Assembly (NCBI GenBank): GCA_964276515.1
Contig: OZ193909.1
Span: forward strand, 15,438,001 to 15,502,000
Origin: Gordius albopunctatus
Lineage: Eukaryota
Direction of reading: 5' to 3'
DNA length: 64,000 nt
Shown here piece by piece: positions 41,575 to 52,400 of this stretch. Position 1 is the stretch's first letter. Every line of letters begins with the position of its first letter. The position numbers and the translations under genes were made by a program. Under the pieces are notes generated by a model. It did not search any database and had not been told where the DNA came from. It was given only the letters and a program-made list of their open reading frames with translations.

Positions 41575-44330
41575 AACTCGGGCCTTCGGCCCTCGTGGGA
41601 AGGGGGAAGGGGAGGGAAGGGGGAAGGGGAGGAGGGGAAGGAAGGGGGAACTCATCTACACTCCGTATAAATGTATCATATTTGCTATGCAATTTATGGA
41701 AATACTTACGTGAATATTGCAAAACGAAGGTTGGAAGCACTAAATAAGTGTATATGCCAAATATCATAAAGGGGGAGAGAGGGAGCGAAGGGGAAGCTTT
41801 ATGGTTAGTTAAATTCTACGGGAGTTGTATTACCAAAAAGTCATAATAGCAATGGTAGGAACAGGAACAATCATAATAGTCAAAAAAAACGAAAAAAAAA
41901 TTTTCGAATCACATTTTGGCCAAAGGTCATTTTTTCCATTGGTCAGCAGCCAGGACACGGTAAAAGTGGATATAAATTCATAATAGTCAAAAAAAACGAA
42001 AAAAAGTTTTCGAATCACATTTTGGCCAATGATTATTTTATTCCATTGGTCAGCAGCCAGCGGACGGCCAAAAAGTCATAATAGCAATGGTAGGAACAGG
42101 AACAATCATAATAGTCAAAAAAAAACGGAAAAAATAATTTCGATTCACATTTTGGCCAATGGTCATTTTTTTCCATTGGTCAGCAGCCAGGACACGGTAA
42201 AAGTGGATATAAATTCAAAACAGTAAAAAAAAAACGAAAAAAAAATTTTCGAATCACATTTTGGCCAATGGTCATTTTATTCCATTGGTCAGCAGCCAGC
42301 GGACGGCCAAAAAGTCATAATAGCAATGGTAGGAACAGGAACAATCATAATATTCAAAAAAAACGAAAAAATAAACTCGGATACACATTTTGGCCAAAGG
42401 TCATTTTTTCCATTGGTCAGCAGCCAGGACACGGTAAAAGTGGATATAAATTCATAACAGTCAAAAAAAACGAAAAAAAAGTTTTCGAATCACATTTTGG
42501 CCAATGGTCATTTTATTCCATTGGTCAGCAGCCAGCGGACGGCCAAAAAGTCATAATAGCAATGGTAGGAACAGGAACAATCATAATATTCAAAAAAAAA
42601 CGAAAAAATAAACTCGGATACACATTTTGGCCAATGGTCATTTTTTCCATTGGTCAGCAGCCAGGACACGGTAAAAGTGGATATAAATTCATAACAGTCA
42701 AAAAAAACGAAAAAAAAGTTTTCGAATCACATTTTGGCCAATGGTCATTTTATTCCATTGGTCAGCAGCCAGCGGACGGCCAAAAAGTCATAATAGCAAT
42801 GGTAGGAACAGGAACAATCATAATATTCAAAAAAAACGAAAAAATAAACTCGTACACATTTTGGCCAATGGTCATTTTTTTCATTGGTCAGCAGCCAGCG
42901 GACGGCCAAAAAGTCTTATTATCATTGATAGTAACAAGAACAATCATATCATTGGTCAGCAGCTAGCGGACGGCCAAAAAGTCTTATTATCATTGATAGT
43001 AACAAGAACAATCATAAGAGTCAAAAAAAACTCCGGGATTCTAACCCAAAAACTAGATAAATTGCATAGCAATTATTAAAAAGTATAGGGTAATTATCAA
43101 TGTTAACCTATTCAAAAACGAACAAAAAATTTTGATTTATTTGGCCAATGGTAATTTTTTTCAATTATCAATGTTAACTTATTCAAAAAGGAAAAACGAA
43201 AAATTAGGATTTATTTGGCCAATGGTCATTTTTTTCATTGGTCAGCAGCCAGCGGACGGCTAAAAAGTCTTATTATCATTGATAGTAACAAGAACAATCA
43301 TAAGAGTCAAAAAAAACTCCGGGATTCTAACCCAAAAACTAGATAAATTGCATAGCAATTATTAAAAAGTATAGGGTAATTATCAATGTTAACCTATTCA
43401 AAAACGAACAAAAAATTTTGATTTATTTGGCCAATGGTAATTTTTTTCAATTATCAATGTTAACTTATTCAAAAAGGAAAAAAGAAAAATTAGGATTTAT
43501 TTGGCCAATGTTCATTTTTTCATTGGTCAGTAGCCAGCGGACGGTCAAAAAGTCATATTATCAATGGTATTAACAAGAACAAAATATTAAATTAATTAAA
43601 AAAATAAAAATTTTGCCCTCTCCGGGATTCGAACCCACATTAAATAGAGGCATAAGCCTTTGGAGGGGAACAGGGAACCATATAAATAGAGCCATAGGCC
43701 CTTGTAGGGGAGGGCATAGGGTAATTATCAATGTTAAACTATTCAAAAACGAAAAATTAAAAATTTCGATTTATCTGGCAAGTGGTCATTTTTTCATTGG
43801 TCAGTAGCCTGCGGACGGTCAAAAATTCATATTATCAATGGTATTAACAAGAACAATATATTAATTTAATTAAAAAAAAAATAAAAATTTTTGTCCTCTC
43901 CGGGTCTCGAACCATCAATTTAGAACGTTCGCCGGGATTCAAACCCACATTAAATAGAGGCATAAGCCTTTGGAGGGGAACAGGGAACCATATAAATAGA
44001 GCCATAGGCCCTTGTAGGGGACGGCATAGGGTAATTATCAATGTTAAACTATTCAAAAACGAAAAATTAAAAATTTCGATTTATCTGGCCAGTGGTCATT
44101 TTTTCATTGGTCAGTAGCCTGCGGACGGTCAAAAAGTCATATTATCAATGGTATTAACAAGAAAAAAATATTAATTTAATTTAAAAAAAAAAAAAAATTT
44201 TGTCCTCTCCGGGTCTCGAACCCGCAACCTCCAGGTCGGGAAGCTGGTGTAAATAACTTGGTAGACGGACGGACGGACGGACGGACGGACGGACAACCAA
44301 AAACGAGCCCATAAATTGCATAGCAATTAA
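41575..44330 (-). mobile_element. Helentron-associated non-autonomous element (HINE, DINE-1-like) inserted in the 5' LTR
   Basis: Inserted at a TT site with no clear TSD. 18-bp subterminal inverted repeat TTGCTATGCAATTTATGG (41682-41699 / 44309-44326); (GTCC)n microsatellite near the 5' end (44264-44294); 3' hairpin GGGCC-GAA-GGCCC (41580-41592); central tandem arrays. Confidence 0.85.
41834..42960. repeat. Tandem array, about 237-bp period (dimer of about 118-bp subunits), about 4.5 copies
   Basis: CAAAAAGTCATAATAGCAATGGTAGGAACAGG recurs at 41834, 42069, 42308, 42544 and 42781. Confidence 0.92.
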
Positions 44331-44409
44331 TATATATATTGTATGCACTAGGAATACCAAACATACCATATAATAATACGATGTATCTTTCGTTAATACA
44401 AATATTACA
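44331..44409 (-). repeat. 5' LTR, upstream (U3) portion
   Basis: Matches 37651-37729; followed by TSD ATTGT. Confidence 0.9.
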
Positions 44410-45487
44410 ATTGTAGAATCGGCAAACCGGCTTGGGCCTTCATAGATATACCAACTTATGATTAAAACAAAAAATTTCCATAGTAATTTAAGGTGAATAA
44501 ATCAATATTAATCATCATATAGGTCTAGGATAATAAATTATAATAAAAGGCATGGGCGTAGACAAGATTGAAACTATAAGAGGGCTATAATCTTTAGGGA
44601 GGGGCAAAATCTAAAAATAAATGAAATTTAAGTCATAATTATATTCAATTTAGAAAAATTTATGGATTTAGAGAGGGGCAGCAGCAGCAGCCTCTCCCTG
44701 CATCCACCTGGCTACGCAAAAATAATTATCATCACTTTAGATTAGTTGCATTGCATTTAAATGATATCATTTTAAGGCTAAGCTCATTTTAATCAAAATC
44801 TATTAAAATAATGTGCTTATAAAATCAATACTTACATTCTTGGTATACTGCCTTTCAGGTCAACCGACAACCGGTCAGCCGAACAACAACCACCTAATCT
44901 CACCTAAACGCACCTAACTCACCATTTCATGCATTATCTTTGCTATTTATAGCTTTTTATATTTATTATAAAAGTTATAACATTATGCAAATTTAACCTA
45001 ATCTCACCAAACTAACCGTCAGCCGAACATGAAATTGTCGAGAAAAAATGAAATGATATATAAAAATGGCACGCTGCTGTTTGTTTGTAAACAAAAAAAG
45101 GGACAATTAACGAACGCAGACGCGTTGTTTTCTTTCACTCGGTAAGAGAACGTTTAAGCAACGCGTTCTTACGATATGAAATATGTCACCAGGATTGGAG
45201 AATGTTTAGCCTAGTCCATAATTTAACAACAACAACATAAAGACGTGGTATCCTCCACAAGGAATACATATGTACATAATAATTAAATATCGTTAACAAT
45301 AATGAAGTTATCATAATTCATATCACTACACTATACTCTACATAAGTCTGTGACAAATAAATAGTCTCAATACCCTAAAGCATCACCATTTTCTTAAATA
45401 AAAATAAAGCGTGGTTTATCAAACGTTTTCACGTTTCGTTCTTTTTTCGTATTTTTGAAAAGTTCGGCGGTTGTTAATATTACAAGT

Positions 45488-45886
45488 CAGTCTTATTAAA
45501 GAGCGGCGCTACAAGAGCGCTGCTACATTTTTTCAAAAAAAAACTGGAGCGCGCTCCTTTTTAAAAATGAGGGGCGGGGTAGCATATAAAAAGGATCGAA
45601 TAACGGATAAGCGTGGGTATTTAGAAAATTTATTACTTTTAAAAGCTCATAAAAGATTATAAATATTTTGATATATCATATAATATAAATAAAATGTTTT
45701 GATAAAAAAATATGATTTTGTTTCGTGTACCTTCTAAAAAATGAAAATCAAGGGAGCGGTTATGGAGCGGCAATCCATTAGTTGGAGCGGGAGCGCTCCT
45801 TTTAATATGTAGGAGCGGGAGTTTGCTCCTTTTGAGAAGTTAGGAGCGGGAGTCGCTACTTTTAAAAAAGAGCGTTAACAAGACTG
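45488..45886. mobile_element. MITE nested in the Helitron
   Basis: TIR CAGTCTTATTAA / TTAACAAGACTG; GGAGCG motif arrays; TSD unclear. Confidence 0.65.
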
Positions 45887-46478
45887 TATACAACAAGTAC
45901 ATAAACATCACTTTAACGTTAAGATGATAAATGCAGACATTCGTTAACCAACAAACTTAAAATGCAGTACTATAAGCTATTATTCATACAAAATAATGCT
46001 TTGAGAGCACGAAGAAAATTAAATCTAAAATGCCGTCAATTATATCGTAATATTTACGCCAAAATTGAATCGGAACGTCTGCTCTACATCCGTTTAAATC
46101 AGACCATTCGCTCAGAAGGATATGTTCAATTGCAATATGCAGTTCTTAACGACGCTAATACAATTAACGTTAGTAAACTAACCATTTTGCTGTCTTTATA
46201 CACCGGGTCCGCCCAAAATTCAATTGCGAATGTTCCTAACTACGGTCGTCCTGCAGACCTATTCATTACATTTACATGCATTCCTGCTTGGTACATGCAC
46301 AGGAGCTCTTATTTCATGACCAATCCCCAGTCGATAGGCACGACATCACAGCATATATTTTCCGACAGAAACTTAAATCATTTATTAATCATATTTTAAG
46401 CATGAGGTACTTAGCTCTGTGCGTTGCTGGATGTAATTTGTGGAATGGCAAAGAGAGGTTTAATGCATGCTCATACAC

Positions 46479-46994
46479 TAGGGCTGCACCGATATTGGTA
46501 TCGGTACCGATATCACGATTTTTAAAGATATCGGTACCGATACCAATATTAATCGTACCGATACCGATACTCTAAACTTTTTTTACAAATATTATATTTG
46601 TTAGAGCTGTATATCTATATACTTTTTAAATTAAATTTTACTTAATTGCTCTTAAATCTAATTTATTTTTTCATTGATTCATTCATTCGAATTTCTACCG
46701 CCACTTATTAATTGCTATGAAATTTATGGGCTCACTTTTGCATTTTGTTTGTCACGCTCTTCGGTGTCTTGCACCGAATGTCTTGTCACACTGTTTACAT
46801 TTATTATTAATTGCTATTATTAATTTAACTAGTTTTTGGGTTCGAATCCCGGGTTATTTGGAATATTTTAAATAAAGTATTATAAATATTAACAAGTCTA
46901 ATTTTTATAAGATGTAAAATATCGGTATCGGTATATTTATTTAAATATCGGTAGTATCGGTATCGGTTAAAAATTTGATATCGGTGCAGCCCTA
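46479..46994. mobile_element. hAT-type MITE nested in the Helitron HUH motif
   Basis: TIR TAGGGCTGCACCGATA / TATCGGTGCAGCCCTA; perfect TSD TCATACAC; ACCGAT arrays; contains a HINE 5' fragment at about 46708-46855. Confidence 0.9.
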
Positions 46995-49441
46995 TCATAC
47001 ACTCATATGGCTATATAACAACATCACTTCACGAAATCGACGATGCAATATGTGCTGAAAATGAAATACCTGATTCTAAATTAGATAAGAATTTGTACAA
47101 AATTGTTAGGAAAAATATGGAACACGGCCCTTGCGGAACACTCAATCCAAAATCGCTATGCATGATAGACGGTAAATGCTCAAAGCGATATCCTCGAGGC
47201 TTGGTATGCAACAAAATTAGGGGCAATGATGGATATCCTTTGTACAAAGATGGTGGGAACGTGGTAACCATAAAACTTTGGAACTCAATCGTCGAAGTTA
47301 TAACTGCTGGGCTGTTCCATATTGTCATTTGCTATCAAAATTATGCAAAGCAATGTTGAATATTGTAACTCGGTTAAATCTATCAACTACATTTTTTAGC
47401 ACGTTAACAAAGGTAGTGTTACCGTTCAACCAGATAGCACTGCGAATAGAGCAAGCCTTCATACCGATGATATCACTTAGTATCAGACTGGAAGATATAT
47501 AAGCAGCAATGAAGCTATATGGCGTATTATATCCTTTCCTATACATGAACGCGGTCCTGCTAGGATTCACGTAATTGTATATGTAGAAAATGGGCAACGG
47601 GTTTATTTCACAAATGCAAATGTCACCAAACGTTAACAGCGTTCTTCAATGAACGTCGCAAACAGGGAAGCGAGTAGCGGCCTGACATATTCAAAGATAA
47701 TTCGATAGCACGACTATAAAATACACTACTCATCTCAGTCTATATGAATATTTTTATTTATTAGCAGGATTAAAATAACGTTCGCGGTCCAACGTGTTTC
47801 CATCAGTTAAAAGTGGTCACGTTGCACATTCCACTTTCCGCATTGCATGCATAGCCATTCTTCTATTAGAGCATGATAATCAATGGTATGAATGAATTAG
47901 TGACGCGTACCATATTTCACATCCAAAACAAATTCGTTCATTGTTTGCAATTTTATTGAACTCCTGCTCTCCGTCATATCCTGCCAATTTATGGAATAAA
48001 TATAAATCAGACATGGAAGAAGATTTTTGCTTGCTGTTAATTTTTTTTCGCATAGATAATTTTTTGCTTTGATTATACTCGCGAAAAATTTGTATTATTT
48101 TCAGTTCATTTTACCAAATTTGAAGGTGTTTTTTTAATAATATGATCATTTTAATATTATAGATTTTAGGCTATGACAATACACCATTATACACTCTGTA
48201 CTAAATTTTTTCTCTGCATTGTCGACCATTATCATTGACTTTTATACACCCGTGGTTTATAACTTATACACTTTTATCATCCAATTATGCATATTATCGC
48301 TAAACATCACTACCTAATAAGTATTTAAACTGTTATAAATATATTTAATTGTTAAAAAATATGCCTTTTTCTATTACGTTCAATAATATGTATTTGCATA
48401 TTATAAAAAAATATTTTTTACATCATAAACTCTCTCACAGATGACCCAAATTCTTTCATATATTTCCTATCAATACGCACTAATTTTATTTAGCGAAATA
48501 AAAATTAAGCCAAAGCAACGCTTGGCCGGGCACAGTTAGTGAATAAATATAAACTTATATCAAAAACTTTTTAAGTTTTTGTTCTTTAAACGTGGAAAAA
48601 TTGTATAAAAAACATTCGCTCGTGACATTTACATCAAAAGGGTATTTAAGGGACCTTTTAAATATCTGGAAAGTTTTGATGTTCAATATCTAAGGGATTG
48701 GTCAGGGATCGCTTCTCCTATTAAATATTTAATATTAGATTAATTATATTTTAATCCCATCCCTTAAATTAAGATTAATGCAAAAAATCGACTTTACAGA
48801 ATTCTAACTCCTCATTTTACTATAAATAATTTATCTTAAAACTTAATTATAAATTTTAATTATTGTAAAACTATTTTCGCTACTTATTTCTGAGTAGGAG
48901 TGGGTTGTGTTTGAAATTGCTATCATGACCATGACTATCAATTGTGGGAAAGGCAATCATCTAATTAATAATATTTGTTTTAAATACTTTATATGGACTT
49001 AATTAGGTTTTTTTTTTGAAATACGCCGTAATTTATTGTCTCGTTTTATTGTATGTGCACGGGATTCTCTGTTTCAAACTAATTAAATTTTAGTTTGGGG
49101 AAATATATATTAATGATTAGGTTTTGTTTTCATCAGAAGTCAACGACTTTTTTCAATTTTATAAAAGAGCTTGTCTTAAAATAGTTTTGAACAAGCAATA
49201 TACAATTCGACAAATTTTCACAATATTTTAGCGAGAATTTTTATAACAAATAATTTTAAAAAATATATAATCATATAATGGTATTATTGGTAAAAATTAT
49301 TAACAAACATCATCTGTTTATATGTAAAATTTAAAGCAGTCCAATGACATACTATTTAGCATCAATATTAAATTTTGGATAAGGTTTATTTAGCTAACCA
49401 ATGGCAAAATATAATAACTCGACAATGATTTATAATTTATA

Positions 49442-52400
49442 TCAAATACTATCTCCGACATGTATTTTTATGTCAGGCGGAGGTATTTCTCTAAAATTAT
49501 CGTACGATCTCGAATGCTTAATGTTTCGGGAACAAGCATTTGAAACGTCATCATCAATTGGGTCTAGATTATCGAGTAATAATTGATATTTAGTTGGGGT
49601 TTCGGACGAATTTTCCCACAATGATTTAATCGAATTACTAGATGGTACTAATGTTTTGGGCAATAGACAGGGTGCCCACTTGAGTTCTTTCATTTCTTTG
49701 ACACGATAAAATGGTTTTAATTGTTTATTCGAGTCTGTCGTCTCCTCATAACATTTGGTGGTGGTCGCTTTGAAATAAGTAGTTGGTGATTCCCTCAGCT
49801 CGATTTCGAGTTTGCTAGAGGGTTTAGAGGAAGGGGGTGGTCGTTTTAGCTTGGAAAAAAAGTTGGCTTCACAACTTTTCCTCTTCAAATCTCGGATTCT
49901 TATGCTGAGTAAAATGGAATTTTGACGAATCTTAACAGGATGTTGCGTTATTTTAGTCCCCGACCCATCCTTGGCAGGTAAATTTGAAGGGCATCTACAA
50001 TGACAACCATCCTCACACCTACAGTTATTGGTGTTAGAAGAGTATTTTGAATCATTTCGACCGATCGCGTTGATTGAAAATAAATCGTTCATTGTAGCTG
50101 TAAGGGTATTGGAAATACCTTCACTTAGTCTCCTTCTTTTATTCTTGCGTCCGTGTTGACTGTTACTGATACTGCTATTTCCATAGCAAATCGAAGAAGA
50201 ACCTCGAATGGGCAGTTGTATGAGCAGGTTATTTTTGTCCAAGCTAGGCGTATAAGAAATGGGACTTTTATTCGTTTTCATCTGTCCGTTGGTAAATTCG
50301 GTCTCGTAAGGGTCGGTATAAAAATTATTTCGAGAATAGTGTGGAATTTTATCGGAATTTTTGAATTTGAGCGATGTTTGAACTCGTTCTTTGCCGAGGG
50401 ATTTCCACGTTTTACTTCGTAGAGAAACGCACACAAATCGTCCGTAAATGAGGGGATTGATGCAACTGTTGGAGACCGCAAACATGAAAAAGATTTCTTG
50501 GATGTAATTGCTCGTTTTAGAAGCCATATCGGGGGCAAACCTGTATATATAATGTTTAAACTTTGATCTATATTAAGTTACCGAAATAAAATGACTCCAA
50601 ACCTACCATATTATGTGAAAAGATGGTTGTTAAAATTCATCAATAAATTAACAATATAACTAAATAAGAATACTTATTAAGTATTAATTATTATAACAAG
50701 AAATTTAAATGGCCCTATGATTAGTGTAAGCTTATCTTTTAAAATGGAATTTTTAGCTTATGCTAAGTTTTTTGCTTTAATAAGGCGTGTTTGTAATGCT
50801 TAAATTTTGTAAATGAGTAATTTTTAGAAAACATATATATTAAATAAGTTAGTGAATTTATAAAAATTAATGTAATAAGCTTTTATGATAATTCTTCCTA
50901 AGATGCTCAGGGAAATATTTAAAAAAATTCAAAAATTTTATCAACACAAAGCAATAAAGAATACTAATTAGTAACAGAAAATTTTAAGATTGAAAATGAA
51001 ATTATACATTACAAACAAAACAAACTGAAATCTAAAAATTAAAGCTCAGCCACAAAATCTTATGTAATTATAGTTATGTGAACAAAGAAATTAGAGTAAC
51101 CGAATAGTATCGCTGGATTTTGCTTTATCCTTATTATAACAAAGAAAATCAACTTAACATTCTTATCAAAGTGCTTTATCCTTTACAATTTTTTCAAGAA
51201 TTTTCATTGTTATATTTATAATTCATATTCCAATCACAAATTTCTTTCAAAGTACCGGCGTTAATAATTTACGTAGTCTTAGCTATTATATATTGAAATT
51301 GAAAGAAGCGCCGGGTAGCATACGAGTATTGAATAAATTAGTTTGAAGAAAAACTTACCAAAAAAACATGGCCATAGCGTAAAACGGGGTCCAGCAGCAG
51401 AAAAAGGCGATGATAATGTAAATGGTAAGCTTTAAATTTTTAGTTTGGGCCTTTTTGATGCTCCCAAAATCAAAATGCCTTTGCATGGGAATATGATTGC
51501 TACCCACTTGTTTTTTATCGTGATTATTTCCAATTCCTTGAGCATTATTGATTTCATGCCTATAAGCAGAAGGGCGTACGCTATAAAATTGCATTATATT
51601 TGCCACTTTAGATTGAGCTTTCCGGTATGGCCTAATTTTAGCGTGGTCAGAAAAATGAACGGATGATACAAACCTTCGAGGCGATTTTGCTGATTTAAAA
51701 CGTTGTTTGGAGGTTGAAAAGTTTAGGGACCCTGATTGCGACTGTTGCTTGTCACCTGCTAAAAATGACAATAATTCATTAATATTTTCAATAACAAAAT
51801 TAATCTTTGTAAATAAATGCCTTTTTTTGTTCACCTAATTACATTTAAGTCAATCTCACTTTTCAGTTTAAAGATTTCGGATCAAATAAAATTATCATTA
51901 TTACGTTTACGTGCAGCTTTCCTATTTACACTTTAAAAATGACGGGCTTATCTAACAACCATGATTCAAGCTTAACCAAGCTTATACCGATAACTTGTAG
52001 ATTATAAATTTTTTGGTGTTAGTATCATTAGTTTTTTGCGTAGTTAAAGCTAATAGATCTTTTATTATTTTAAAAATAAGTTTGTTTGAATGCATGGCTT
52101 TAATATGAATTAGAAGGGGGCAAAAAATGGATTGAGATCTAGGGAGAGGCAAAATGATGATCTTCAAAACTCCCTCCGACTAAACCCTTGTTTAATTTCA
52201 TTAAATAACTCTGGGCTTCTATAATAACCATTTGTAACTTACTTATTTGAAAAAAGTAGATAAAAGTTTTAAAAGAGTATATACCCTTTATTTATATCTA
52301 TTCTGAAACTTCCCTGTGAATTATTCAGCAGTCATACACTTATGTGACGACGTTCAAAGGAAATTCCTATGATATTTGCAATATATAAAATCATGTAAGA

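Larger units (their letters stand above)
37602..44409 (-). mobile_element. Ty3/gypsy LTR retrotransposon, Mag-like (about 4.05 kb excluding the HINE insert)
   Basis: 3' LTR 37602-37729; 5' LTR split into 41526-41574 and 44331-44409; 5-bp TSD ATTGT (37597-37601, 44410-44414); PBS and PPT present; domain order gag-PR-RT-RH-IN. Confidence 0.93.
44799..48539 (+). mobile_element. Decayed Helitron (Rep domain remnants)
   Basis: Broken-frame peptides YAKIESERLLYIRLNQ, YGRPADLFITFTC, DRHDITAYIFRQKL, HAHTLIWL (HUH motif), HGPCGTLNPKSLCMIDGKCSKRYPR, YQTGRYISSNEAIWR. 3' hairpin GCCAAAGCAACGCTTGGC then CAGTTAG|T. The 5' A|TC boundary is tentative. Confidence 0.8.

Noticed and set aside
41834..44200. Regular repeats resembling a CRISPR array; repetitive ORFs at 42268-42966 and 42741-43079
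   Set aside because: No unique spacers, no cas genes and a eukaryotic context. The ORFs are by-products of the tandem repeat inside a HINE.
52286..52314. Possible extra mini-exon in the GPCR intron (CACAG|GGAAG...GG|GTATAT)
   Set aside because: The phase required by flanking exons runs into a stop, and the gene joins in frame without it.
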